DNA of 64,000 bases, from the IMG/VR virus record IMGVR_UViG_3300026078_000024, positions 1 through 64,000 of that record; one strand, written 5' to 3'. Made by a program: the position numbers and the translations under genes. The DNA is from a virus. The notes under the pieces are model-generated. The model did no database searches, was not told where the DNA came from, and saw only the letters and a list, made by a program, of their open reading frames with translations. Positions 1 through 9,442 of the stretch are shown here, in pieces; position 1 is the first letter of the stretch; each line of letters begins with the position of its first letter.

Positions 1-166
1 GAAAGAGCTTGATCAACAACTGAGCGTTCTCCGGTGGAAGGTCCCGGGCGGCAGCCGGTTCGAGGACGTGGAGATCGAGGAAGGCGCACCGTCCTGGTGG
101 GCGGGTGACGAGGAGGCGTCCCAGTCGAGCCTGGCAGCGATGCGGGCGATGGGAGCGAAAGTCTGA
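1..166 (+). CDS. C-terminal part of probable tail assembly chaperone (5' truncated)
   Basis: Frame 2 is open (...APSWWAGDEEASQSSLAAMRAMGAKV*); its TGA overlaps the ATG of the tape measure gene, which is the usual chaperone position. Confidence 0.55.
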   Translation, partial: KELDQQLSVLRWKVPGGSRFEDVEIEEGAPSWWAGDEEASQSSLAAMRAMGAKV

Positions 167-3100
167 TGTCTGAGTCCATGGTGGTCGGGCGAGGTCTCGT
201 CGAGATCTTGCCCGACTTCCGGAAGTGGGGGAAGCAGCTCGCGGCCGACATGCGGGTTGCCCGGACTCAGCTGGTCACGCAGGGGCAGGGCTTCAAGGCG
301 GCTGCCGCAACCGTCGGCGCGTCCATGGTCAAGGTCGGCAAGGGCGCGTCCCTCGTCGGTCTCGGGGTGGCCGTGGCGGCTACCAAAATGGCCGGTGACT
401 TCCAGGCGGAGACGGCCGTCCTCCAGACGGCGGCCGGAGAGACGACCAAGGGCCTGGCCACGGTCCGGGCCGGGATCCTGAACATCTCGCAGAACACCGG
501 TACAGGGATCAAGAACCTGACCGACGGCATGTACACGATCGAGAAGGCCGGGTTCAGGGGCCGGGACGGTCTCAAGGTTCTCACCGCAGCGGCGCAGGGC
601 GCGCGTGAGGAGAATGCGAAGCTGGCCGACGTCACGAACGCCATGACGTCGATCATGGCGAGCTATCACCTCAAGGCCACGGACTCCGTCCGCGTCATGA
701 ACGGCATGAAGACTGCGGCGGGCGAGGGCAAGATCACCATGGAGGAATTCTCCGGGGCGATGTCCACGGTCCTCCCGATCGCTTCCGCCAACAAGATCGC
801 ATTTGAACAGGTGGCCGGTGCCGTGGCCACCCTCACCCAGCACGGCACGTCCGCCCGTGAGGCCACCCATGAACTCGGCGCGACCATCCGTGCCCTGGCG
901 TCCCCCAACATGGTGGCGCAACGCGAAATGGCCCGGTTCGGCCTGTCCTCCGTGGACGTCTCGCAGAACCTCGGAAAACGCGGCCTGACCGGCACGATCG
1001 AGCTACTGACCAAGACCATCCTGTCCAAGATGGGTCCGAGCGGCAAGATCCTCCTGAGTGCGTTCGAGGGGACCAAGCAGTCGGCCGAAGATGCCCGGAT
1101 CATGCTGTCCAAAATCCCGCCGGAGTTCCAGAAGACGGCGAAGGCGTTCATGGACGGGAAGATCGATGCGGACCAATGGAACGCGACGATCAAGGGAGCG
1201 CCGGTCAACATCGCCCCCATGCTGAGGGGCTTCAACACCCTGGTCAACCGGTCTCACGGTTTCTCCCGTGAGCTGAAGAGCGGCGGCCCGGCCGCCAAGA
1301 CCTACACCGACGCGCTCAAGAAAATGTCCGGCGGCGCTATCGGTCTCAACACGATCCTCCAACTGTCCGGCGAGTCGTTCGACGGGTTCAAAGAGAGGGT
1401 CGGCAAGGTCGGCGAGTCGTTCCACCACAGCTCGAAGGACGTCGAGGGGTGGAAGACGACACAGAAGCTCCTCAACGTCCAACTCGACATGGCCAAGCAG
1501 CGCCTCCAGGTGCTGATGATCACCATCGGGACCAAGCTGATCCCGGTGGTCACTGCGATTGTGAGGCTCTTCACCGAGCACAAAACGGTCACCATGCTCC
1601 TGGTGGCGGGCATGCTCTCCCTGGTCGGGATTCTCTCGGCCGCGTATATCGCGACCAAGGCATGGGCCGTGATCACCGGCATTGCCAGGACCGTCATGTT
1701 CGCGTGGAACGTGGCGACCATGGCACAGACCGAGTCGCTGGCGGTCATGCGCGCACAGCTCGCCGTTCTGTGGGTGATCCAGAAGGCGCAGGCCATTGCG
1801 ACCGGCATCGCCACGGCCGCGCAGTGGGCGTGGAACGCGGCCATGGACGCGAACCCGATCGGGTTGATCGTTCTGGCCATTGCCGCTCTGGTGGCTGGCA
1901 TCGTCTACGTGGCGACCAAGACCCAGTTTTTCCAGACGGTGTGGAAGGCGACCTGGGGTTTCGTAAAAAAGATCTTCACCGGGTTCGTCTCGTGGTTCAA
2001 GAAGAACTGGCAACTGATCACCTTCACGATCATGACCTTGGGTATCGGTCTGGCCGTGGCCATGATCGTGCGGCACTGGCAGGGTGTGAAGCACGCGTTC
2101 AGTGCCACGATCGATTGGATCAAGCACAACTGGCCCCTGCTCCTCTCGATCCTTCTCGGGCCCATTGCGGCAGCCGCGTATCAGATCTACAAGCACTGGG
2201 ACTTGATCAGCAAGGGAGCGATGATCGCCTTCCATGCTGTGATCAATTTCGCTGTCCAACTGGGCAAGGATCTCGGGTCGTTCTTCTCCAAGCTCCCCGG
2301 TGAACTGGGCCATTTCTTCTCGTCGTTGCCTGGCATCGTGGGCCATTGGTTCGTGGTCCTCGGCCAGAACATCGCGAAATTCTTCACCCACATCCTGCCG
2401 GATGCCGCCAAGTCCCTGAACAACGCTCAGGTGGCCCTTCTCCACGTCGGAGAGGATCTGATCAAGGGTTTGTTCCACGGCGCGGCCAACTTCTTCACCA
2501 AGACCGTTCCGGACTGGGCAAAGAGTGTGTGGCATGGGATCACGAGCTACTTCAAGGCCGTGTTCGGGATCCAGTCCCCGTCCACGGTCATGGCTGCGCT
2601 CGGCGTCGATCTGATCAAGGGCCTGTTCCAGGGAATGTTGAAGATCGCCCTCACCGTGACCAAGTTCCTCGGTGACCACATCGGCAAGCCGATCATCAAC
2701 CTGTTCACAAAGACCATCCCCGACGGCGCGAAGACCTTCTCCTCCAGGGTGAGCGGGTCGTGGAGCGCCGTGCAGAGCAACGTGGGCAAGTTCTTCGGCC
2801 TCATGAAGCACTCGTCGATCGATCCCCTGGTCCGTCTGTTCAACGCCACGATCCCGGGCGCGGGCAAGTCGATGCGCGACCTGATCATCGGCTTCGTCCG
2901 GGCCATGGTCCTGCATGTGATCGACGGCTTCGGAACGATCATCCATGGGGCAACCAAGCTCTTCGGGTGGGTGCCGGGTGTCGGCGGGAAGCTCAAGAAA
3001 GCCTCTGCCGCGTTCGACCGGTTCCGAGACGACGTGAACCGGGCCCTCGGCGGGATCAAGGACCGGCACCCCACCGTCGGCGTCGGTATGAAGATCATGA

Positions 3101-4107
3101 CTGGCAAGGATGCCGGACTGGTCAACATCGGCGGTATCGCCCGTGCGACCGGTGGCGAGATCCCGGGTCATCTCGGGAAGAGGGGCAAGGACAGTGTCCT
3201 TGCGGCCCTCATGCCGGACGAGCACGTGTGGACCGTCCGGGAGGTCATGGCGGTGGGCGGCCACAAGGCCATGGAACGCCTCCGGAAGCTCGCCCTCATG
3301 GGGATGCTCAAGGGCTACTCGACCGGCGGACAGATCAAGGGATACGCCTCCGGCGGTGCGGTCGACGCAAATACGAAGGCGCCCGGCTACGGCTCGATCC
3401 TCTCCGGGACCAACACCGCGTTCGGAAGCCTGATGCGGTCCGCCCTCCCCGCCCTGATCAAGCAGTTCAAGGCGCAGTACGCGGCCGTCACGAACGTCGG
3501 CGCGGGTGTCGGCGGCGGGGTGAAGCGCTGGACCGGCATGGTCCATTCCGTCCTCGGACAGCTTCACGAGTCCCTGGGGTGGACGGCCACGGTCCTGCGC
3601 CGGATGAACCAGGAGTCGGGCGGTAACCCCACGGTGGTCAACCGGTGGGACTCCAACTGGAAAGCCGGTCACCCCTCGGTCGGCCTCATGCAGGTGATCG
3701 CCGGGACCTTCCGTGCCTACGCCGGTCGCTACCGGGGTGTGGGCCCGTTCATGTACGGCGTGTCCGTCAACCCGACGGCCAACACCTACGCCGGTCTCAA
3801 CTACGCACTGCACCGTTACGGCTCCCTCTCCGCCCTGAACCGTCCCGGCGGATACGACCTGGGCGGTCTTGCGCGGCGCGCGGGGACGATCTTCAAGGGG
3901 ACGAACCAGCCGGAGCGGATCCTCTCGCCACGCCAGACGGCCGCGTTCGAGCGTCTCGTGAGCCGTCTCTCCCCAGCCGGAGCGGACGGGGGAGTCACCG
4001 TCAAGGAACTCCACCTGCACAACCACGGGGTGATCGGTTCGAAGCACGAGGTGGAGAACTGGCTCGTGGTTTCGATCGACCAGCTCAAGCGCAAGGGGAG
4101 GTTCTAG
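166..4107 (+). CDS. Tape measure protein with C-terminal lytic transglycosylase (SLT) domain
   Basis: 1313 aa; TP901-type N-terminal region; hydrophobic/Trp-Phe repeats; C-terminal 'MNQESGGNP...NRWDSN...SVGLMQVI...NYALHRYG' SLT motifs. Confidence 0.95.
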   Translation: MSESMVVGRGLVEILPDFRKWGKQLAADMRVARTQLVTQGQGFKAAAATVGASMVKVGKGASLVGLGVAVAATKMAGDFQAETAVLQTAAGETTKGLATVRAGILNISQNTGTGIKNLTDGMYTIEKAGFRGRDGLKVLTAAAQGAREENAKLADVTNAMTSIMASYHLKATDSVRVMNGMKTAAGEGKITMEEFSGAMSTVLPIASANKIAFEQVAGAVATLTQHGTSAREATHELGATIRALASPNMVAQREMARFGLSSVDVSQNLGKRGLTGTIELLTKTILSKMGPSGKILLSAFEGTKQSAEDARIMLSKIPPEFQKTAKAFMDGKIDADQWNATIKGAPVNIAPMLRGFNTLVNRSHGFSRELKSGGPAAKTYTDALKKMSGGAIGLNTILQLSGESFDGFKERVGKVGESFHHSSKDVEGWKTTQKLLNVQLDMAKQRLQVLMITIGTKLIPVVTAIVRLFTEHKTVTMLLVAGMLSLVGILSAAYIATKAWAVITGIARTVMFAWNVATMAQTESLAVMRAQLAVLWVIQKAQAIATGIATAAQWAWNAAMDANPIGLIVLAIAALVAGIVYVATKTQFFQTVWKATWGFVKKIFTGFVSWFKKNWQLITFTIMTLGIGLAVAMIVRHWQGVKHAFSATIDWIKHNWPLLLSILLGPIAAAAYQIYKHWDLISKGAMIAFHAVINFAVQLGKDLGSFFSKLPGELGHFFSSLPGIVGHWFVVLGQNIAKFFTHILPDAAKSLNNAQVALLHVGEDLIKGLFHGAANFFTKTVPDWAKSVWHGITSYFKAVFGIQSPSTVMAALGVDLIKGLFQGMLKIALTVTKFLGDHIGKPIINLFTKTIPDGAKTFSSRVSGSWSAVQSNVGKFFGLMKHSSIDPLVRLFNATIPGAGKSMRDLIIGFVRAMVLHVIDGFGTIIHGATKLFGWVPGVGGKLKKASAAFDRFRDDVNRALGGIKDRHPTVGVGMKIMTGKDAGLVNIGGIARATGGEIPGHLGKRGKDSVLAALMPDEHVWTVREVMAVGGHKAMERLRKLALMGMLKGYSTGGQIKGYASGGAVDANTKAPGYGSILSGTNTAFGSLMRSALPALIKQFKAQYAAVTNVGAGVGGGVKRWTGMVHSVLGQLHESLGWTATVLRRMNQESGGNPTVVNRWDSNWKAGHPSVGLMQVIAGTFRAYAGRYRGVGPFMYGVSVNPTANTYAGLNYALHRYGSLSALNRPGGYDLGGLARRAGTIFKGTNQPERILSPRQTAAFERLVSRLSPAGADGGVTVKELHLHNHGVIGSKHEVENWLVVSIDQLKRKGRF

Positions 4108-4110
4108 ATC

Positions 4111-6522
4111 GTGGCGATCGGGTTCCGCTCCGTCGGCACTCGGACCAAGGCGGACGTGTCGGCCTCCGGCTCCCCGCAGTCGTTCGGCATGCCGCTCGGC
4201 CATGTCTCGACCGACTGGCTCCTCTGGGTAGTCGTCACGGACGACAACACCGGTCCGGCGGCCACTCCCTCCGGCTGGACCCTGCTCGGGCACTTCTCGG
4301 CCGGTACGTCCACGTCCTCGCCGTACGCCGGTCGGCCGCACGTCCACCTCTATCACCGGATCGACGACGGCACCCTTGGCTCGTCGCAGTCGATGACGTT
4401 CAACACCGGGTCCTGGCCGGGCGGAGACCCGTACGTTCTCGGGTTCATCGCGGCCTACACCGGGGCGGACCAGTCCTCACCGGTGGAGATCGTCTCCGGG
4501 GGAAACACCACCTCGACGGCCGCCGCGTTCGCGCACCCGCAGGTGACCACCGTGGCCCCGAACGACTGGCTGCTGTCCGTCCGGGGAGTCGTCTCGGACA
4601 ACACGAACCTGACCTTCACCGACTCGGTCGGCACGGACGTGGCCCGGGTGAACGAGGGCATGACCAACCCGTCATCTCCCTCCGTGGCGCTGTACGACTC
4701 GAACCTCGCCCTGACTGCCGGTCTCCAGACACAGAGGACGACGACCGCCTCCAATACCGTCACGTACGGTTCCGTCGGCATCACCCTCGCGCTCAAGCCC
4801 GCGAACGCGGCGAACGCGGTGACGGCGATCGCCGGAGTGGCGTCGATCTCGTTCCAGGCCAAGCAGGCGTCCTCGTCCGGCACGTCCGGCCCGTGGGATC
4901 TCTGCGGCACCGGCGGCCTGCCCATGTACGAGTTCGCGATCGACTGGAACAACGACGGGAACTTCACCACCTCGAACGCCATGCTGATGCTCGGGATCAT
5001 GGGCACCGGCGGGGTGGACGACGCGACCAACGAAGTGATCAGTGACATCTCGATCACGTACGGCCGGGACCAGGACCGGCAGTTGAACCCGGCGGCTGTC
5101 GGCAGCGCCGCGCTCTCATTGATCAACGTGTCCCGGAAGTACTCCCCGGAGTGGGTCTCGTCCGTCCTGTACGGCAACCTTGAACCGGCCCGTCCGTTCC
5201 GCGCTCAGGTCACGTGGGGCGGGTCCGTCTTCCCCCTCTTCCGTGGCCGAATCGACGACTTCAACGTCAAGGCGGACATGGCGGACCGGTCCGTCGATTT
5301 CACGTTCCTGGACGCGCTGAACGATCTCTCCAACGTCAAGCTGAGCACGCCGGTGTACGAGGAGATGCGCACCGGCGATCTGATCGATGTGATCTTGGAC
5401 GCGGTGGGCTGGACGGCCGGTCGGCAGATCGATCTCGGTGCCACTTTCGTGAGGTACTGGTGGGCAGAGGGGCAGAGCGCGTTCGACGCGATCAGTGACC
5501 TGGTCAAATCGGAGGGGGCCCCGTCGATCGCCTACGTGGCGCCGGACGGCACATTCGTCTTCCACGACCGGCACCACCGGATCCAGAACTCCTCGTCGAC
5601 CACGTCTCAGGCGACGTTCGCCCAGTCGGCCGTGTTCGACTGCGCCGTGGCTCCCCCTGCCGGTCTGCACTTCACCGCCCCGTTCACGTACCAGCACGGG
5701 TGGAGAGACATCGTCAACTCGGTCACGTTCGACGTGTCGGAGAGGACGGCGGACACCGACCTCTCCGTGGTGTGGACGTCGGACGACACGGTGAACCTGT
5801 CCAGCGGGCAGAGCGCCTCGATCGATATTTCGGGGTCGGACCCGTTCATCGGAGCGGTGCTGCCGGTGAGCGGCACGGACTACCTGAAGTCGGGACCCGG
5901 CACAGAAGTGATCAGCATCAGCCGGACGTCCGGCGCATCACTGACGATCACCGTTCTGGCCACGGGCGGAGCGGTGTCTCTTCAGAACTTCCAGCTCCGC
6001 GCGTTCGCGATCCCGGTCCGGAACACGATCAAGGTGCACCGGGAGGACTCCGGCTCGATCTCCATCCATGGAGAACGGGACTACCCGGACCAGGCACCGT
6101 GGGCGAACGCCAACGATGCCGAAGCGATCGCCGGAGCCATTCTCCTGCGGTACGCGCAGAGGCGCCCCACGGTCGATCTGCGGGTCGTGACGGAGGACCC
6201 GGTCCACTTCCTCCAGGTGGTGTCCCGGACGGTCGGAGACCGGATCCACATCCTCAACGGAGAGATGGGTCTCGACGACGACTTTTTCATCGAGAAGATC
6301 ACCCATCAGATTCAGCGGGTGAACGTGCCGGGACGGCCGCCGGTGCATGCAGTCATCTTCGGGTGCGAGAAGGCGGGGGTGCAGTCGGCCAACCCCTTCC
6401 GGTTCGACGTCCGGGGCGCGGGGTTCGATCAGGGTATCTTCGATCCAATCCAATCAGATAACCCGTTCACTGTGTTCCGGTTCGATCAGTCCGCGTTTGA
6501 CTCGTCACAGTTCGGGACGTGA
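4111..6522 (+). CDS. Minor tail protein (Ser/Thr-rich N-terminal beta domain plus tail hub-like domain)
   Basis: 803 aa directly after the tape measure gene; 'IDWNNDG', 'ITYGRD', 'LFRGRIDD' typical of actinophage minor tail proteins. Confidence 0.8.
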   Translation: MAIGFRSVGTRTKADVSASGSPQSFGMPLGHVSTDWLLWVVVTDDNTGPAATPSGWTLLGHFSAGTSTSSPYAGRPHVHLYHRIDDGTLGSSQSMTFNTGSWPGGDPYVLGFIAAYTGADQSSPVEIVSGGNTTSTAAAFAHPQVTTVAPNDWLLSVRGVVSDNTNLTFTDSVGTDVARVNEGMTNPSSPSVALYDSNLALTAGLQTQRTTTASNTVTYGSVGITLALKPANAANAVTAIAGVASISFQAKQASSSGTSGPWDLCGTGGLPMYEFAIDWNNDGNFTTSNAMLMLGIMGTGGVDDATNEVISDISITYGRDQDRQLNPAAVGSAALSLINVSRKYSPEWVSSVLYGNLEPARPFRAQVTWGGSVFPLFRGRIDDFNVKADMADRSVDFTFLDALNDLSNVKLSTPVYEEMRTGDLIDVILDAVGWTAGRQIDLGATFVRYWWAEGQSAFDAISDLVKSEGAPSIAYVAPDGTFVFHDRHHRIQNSSSTTSQATFAQSAVFDCAVAPPAGLHFTAPFTYQHGWRDIVNSVTFDVSERTADTDLSVVWTSDDTVNLSSGQSASIDISGSDPFIGAVLPVSGTDYLKSGPGTEVISISRTSGASLTITVLATGGAVSLQNFQLRAFAIPVRNTIKVHREDSGSISIHGERDYPDQAPWANANDAEAIAGAILLRYAQRRPTVDLRVVTEDPVHFLQVVSRTVGDRIHILNGEMGLDDDFFIEKITHQIQRVNVPGRPPVHAVIFGCEKAGVQSANPFRFDVRGAGFDQGIFDPIQSDNPFTVFRFDQSAFDSSQFGT

Positions 6523-6531
6523 GGAGAGACG

Positions 6532-6924
6532 ATGCCCAACATCACACCCCTGCCCCAGCCGGTCGTACCGGAAGAACCGGCCCGGCCGCAGGTTGCATGG
6601 GCGTACGTGTACGAGGGCGAATGGGTGGCCGACTGCCCGCGCGGCTGCAACAACGTGGAATATCTGTTCACCCAGTCGCGAATGGGCGGACCCCGGGACC
6701 AGAGGCGCCCGTTCTACCTCTGCTCCTATTGCGGGTACTCCTGCGAAAAGATCGTCTGGCCCCGCCAGGAGCACGAGATCATGCGCATCCTCATGCTCCG
6801 GCCGATCCCCCGGAACAGGAACTGGTACCCCCAAGATCACCCGGTGGCTCTGAAGTTCAACATCCCGCACGGTCAGTCTCCGGCCGACCTCCTGGCCGAG
6901 AACGAAGAGCACGGAGTGAGGTAA
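6532..6924 (+). CDS. Hypothetical protein with CxxxC/CxxC motifs (tail region)
   Basis: RBS GAGGAG; CPRGC and CSYC motifs; tight packing with neighbours. Confidence 0.7.
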   Translation: MPNITPLPQPVVPEEPARPQVAWAYVYEGEWVADCPRGCNNVEYLFTQSRMGGPRDQRRPFYLCSYCGYSCEKIVWPRQEHEIMRILMLRPIPRNRNWYPQDHPVALKFNIPHGQSPADLLAENEEHGVR

Positions 6925-6927
6925 GCC

Positions 6928-7470
6928 ATGACGTGGTCGGCACCCATGACGGCAGTGGCGGGATCAACGTTCTCCGCCGCTCAGTTCAATCAGTACGTCC
7001 GGGACAACCTGAACGAAACCGCCCCGGCGAAGGCCACGGCCGCCGGGCAGTTTTTCGTGGCCACGGGTGCCAATGCCATTGCCGCGCGGACCCCCACCTC
7101 CGCCACGGTGGCCACGTCCGAGACGACCACCAGCACCAGCTACGCGGATCTTGCGACGGTCGGCCCGGCCGCGACCGTCACGACCGGAGTGGCAGCCATG
7201 GTCTTTATCAAGTCAGGCATCGACAACAACACGGCCAACATCGGGACGTTCATGAGCTTCGCCGTCTCGGGTGCGTCGTCCCAGGCGGCGGCCGACGCCA
7301 GCGCGGTCAACATCGCCGGGGTCACGGCGGCGAACCGGGTCAGGATCGGGGCCGCGTTCCGGGTGACCGGCTTGAACGCAGGGTCGAACATCTTCACCGC
7401 GAAATACAAGGTGGCCAGCGCCAGCACCGGGACCTTCACCCAGCGCGATCTGATCGTGCTGCCGTTCTGA
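6928..7470 (+). CDS. Tail fibre/virion protein paralogue 1 of 4
   Basis: MTWSAPMTAVAG...VRDNLNET N-terminus and GSNIFTAKYKV...VLPF C-terminus shared with three downstream genes. Confidence 0.8.
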   Translation: MTWSAPMTAVAGSTFSAAQFNQYVRDNLNETAPAKATAAGQFFVATGANAIAARTPTSATVATSETTTSTSYADLATVGPAATVTTGVAAMVFIKSGIDNNTANIGTFMSFAVSGASSQAAADASAVNIAGVTAANRVRIGAAFRVTGLNAGSNIFTAKYKVASASTGTFTQRDLIVLPF

Positions 7471-7480
7471 GGATCTGATC

Positions 7481-7789
7481 ATGCCCACCATCCCGCAGTA
7501 CGTGAAGATCATGAGAGACGCTGCCTGGGACGTCGCGGAGCGGTTCGGGGTGGACATCACCCAGGAGCCGAAGGCGTCCCGGGCTGAGCTGCTGTCCATT
7601 CTCGCGGTGCAGAGCGTCTTGATCAAAGCCCTGGTGGACAAGGGTGTGATCACGGACACGGAGCTTCTGGCTGCGGTCAACGCCATGCGTTCGTCTCCGT
7701 GGTCCCCCGGTCCTCTTCCGGTCCGTCCGGTCGACTGGGACACGGTCCCGGTCACAGGCGTCGGGGTCATCCCGGTTACGGGGGCATGA
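7481..7789 (+). CDS. Hypothetical protein
   Basis: 102 aa, GATCATG start, fills the gap between paralogues. Confidence 0.7.
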   Translation: MPTIPQYVKIMRDAAWDVAERFGVDITQEPKASRAELLSILAVQSVLIKALVDKGVITDTELLAAVNAMRSSPWSPGPLPVRPVDWDTVPVTGVGVIPVTGA

Positions 7790-7790
7790 C

Positions 7791-8321
7791 GTGGCGTGGA
7801 CAGCTCCCATGACGGCGGTCGCCGGTGCCTCGGTACTGGCGGCCGACTTCAACACGTTCGTGCGCGACAACCTCAATCAGACGGCCCCTGCCATTGCCAC
7901 CTCGGTCAGTTCATGGTTCCCGCACAGCGGGGTCAACACGCTGGCGGAGCGCTTCCCCACGCAGAACAACGCGACCGGAGCCAGCACCACCACCAGCACG
8001 ACGTACGGCAACCTGGCCGACACGGTGACCACCTCGGTTACGGTGACCACCGGAGTCCTGGCCCTGGTGCTGCTCTACTCGAACCTGAACAACTCTGCCG
8101 GTGGCAACCGGACTTGGTGCGCCTATGACATCTCCGGTGCGACCACCCGCGCGGCCGATGACACCCGGTCGGTGAACCATTCGTCGGCCGCCGGTATGCG
8201 GTGGGGAGCGACGTTCCTTGAATCGCTCAACGCCGGATCGAACACCTTCACGATGCGATACCGGGTCACCGCCGGTACCGGCACCTTCTCCGCCCGTCGT
8301 ATCGGCGTGATCCCTTTCTAG
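7791..8321 (+). CDS. Tail fibre/virion protein paralogue 2 of 4
   Basis: MAWTAPMTAVAG...VRDNLNQT; GSNTFTMRYRV...VIPF. Confidence 0.8.
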   Translation: MAWTAPMTAVAGASVLAADFNTFVRDNLNQTAPAIATSVSSWFPHSGVNTLAERFPTQNNATGASTTTSTTYGNLADTVTTSVTVTTGVLALVLLYSNLNNSAGGNRTWCAYDISGATTRAADDTRSVNHSSAAGMRWGATFLESLNAGSNTFTMRYRVTAGTGTFSARRIGVIPF

Positions 8322-8330
8322 GAGGCAGCC

Positions 8331-8864
8331 ATGGCATGGACGGCACCCATGACCGCCGTGGCGGGCGCGGTGTTCTTCTCCGCCGACTACAACACGTACG
8401 TGCGGGACAACATGATCGAACTGGGGGTGGCGAAGGCGACCGTCCCCGGGAGCATCATCGCGGGCGCCGGGCCCAACACGGTGGAGCAGCGCACTCCCGC
8501 ATGGTCGGCGACCACTGCCGGATCGACCACCACCTCGACCTCCTACACGGATCTCGACGCCGGGGCGGGTCCGTCGTTGACGGTGCAGTCAGGATCGGTC
8601 ATCGCCATTTGGATCTTCTGCAATCAGTACAACACGAACGGCACGGCCGCATGGATGTCCTTCGCGATCTCCGGTGATTCGTCGATCTCCGCAGACGACA
8701 CCTGGGCGATCCAGTTCCAGGGGACGGACGGAGACCGGAACGGCGCCGGGTTCGTGTTCGACGGCCTGACCAAGGGATCGAACACGATCACCGCCAAGTA
8801 CCGGGTGTCGACGGCCGGTACCGGCTACTTCAGTCAGCGGCGGCTCGCCGCATGGCCGTTCTGA
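8331..8864 (+). CDS. Tail fibre/virion protein paralogue 3 of 4
   Basis: MAWTAPMTAVAG...VRDNMIE; GSNTITAKYRV...AWPF; RBS AGGAGG. Confidence 0.8.
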   Translation: MAWTAPMTAVAGAVFFSADYNTYVRDNMIELGVAKATVPGSIIAGAGPNTVEQRTPAWSATTAGSTTTSTSYTDLDAGAGPSLTVQSGSVIAIWIFCNQYNTNGTAAWMSFAISGDSSISADDTWAIQFQGTDGDRNGAGFVFDGLTKGSNTITAKYRVSTAGTGYFSQRRLAAWPF

Positions 8865-8876
8865 GAGGAGTGGGTC

Positions 8877-9434
8877 ATGGCGTGGAGTTCTCCCATGACG
8901 GCCGTGGCCGGTTCCGTGTGGACGGCGGCTCAGTGGAACACGTTCATCCGGGACAACCTGAACGAGTCCGAGACGTCGAAGGCGTTGACCACGAGCGGCT
9001 ACAGCGTGGTGACGTCTCTGCACCGGCTCTCCGAACGGGTCCCCCAGGTGGTCAACGACGCGGCCGAAGTGGTCACCGCAGAGACGTCCTACTCGGATCC
9101 CGAGACACTCGCAGCCGGGTCGCCGGTGGTACCGGGCCCGAGCATCACCGCGTTCACAGGGCAGAAGGCCCTCGTTGCGATCTACGGCGCTCCGCGCACG
9201 TCCGGCGGCACGGCCGCATGGATCAGTGTGGAGGTCTCCGGCGCGACGGACATACAGGCGGACGACACCCACTCGATCCAGAACCACGTCACCGACCCCG
9301 ACTCCTGGCGCTCCGGCGCCACCTTCGGCCTCGATCTCACCGAGGGGCTGAACACCTTCACCATGAAGTACCGGGTGTCCACGTCCGGCACCGGCCATTT
9401 CACCTCGCGCCGGATGGTGGTGATCCCGTTCTAG
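8877..9434 (+). CDS. Tail fibre/virion protein paralogue 4 of 4
   Basis: MAWSSPMTAVAG...IRDNLNES; GLNTFTMKYRV...VIPF; RBS GAGGAG. Confidence 0.8.
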   Translation: MAWSSPMTAVAGSVWTAAQWNTFIRDNLNESETSKALTTSGYSVVTSLHRLSERVPQVVNDAAEVVTAETSYSDPETLAAGSPVVPGPSITAFTGQKALVAIYGAPRTSGGTAAWISVEVSGATDIQADDTHSIQNHVTDPDSWRSGATFGLDLTEGLNTFTMKYRVSTSGTGHFTSRRMVVIPF

Positions 9435-9442
9435 GGGAGATC

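Noticed and set aside
1003-4356. 1117-aa minus-strand ORF and many other long shadow ORFs (e.g. 42512-44422 +, 38854-40434 +, 3645-5045 +)
   Set aside because: Antisense or off-frame to genes with clear motifs; expected in high-GC DNA; no RBS or domain signal
6928-9434. Diversity-generating retroelement or invertible shufflon for the four paralogues
   Set aside because: No reverse transcriptase, no adenine-specific TR/VR pair, no invertase, and all copies are co-oriented and full length
8852-9442. N-terminal 197 aa of the 619-aa ORF
   Set aside because: Overlaps paralogue 4 in another frame; the endolysin has its own RBS and ATG at 9443
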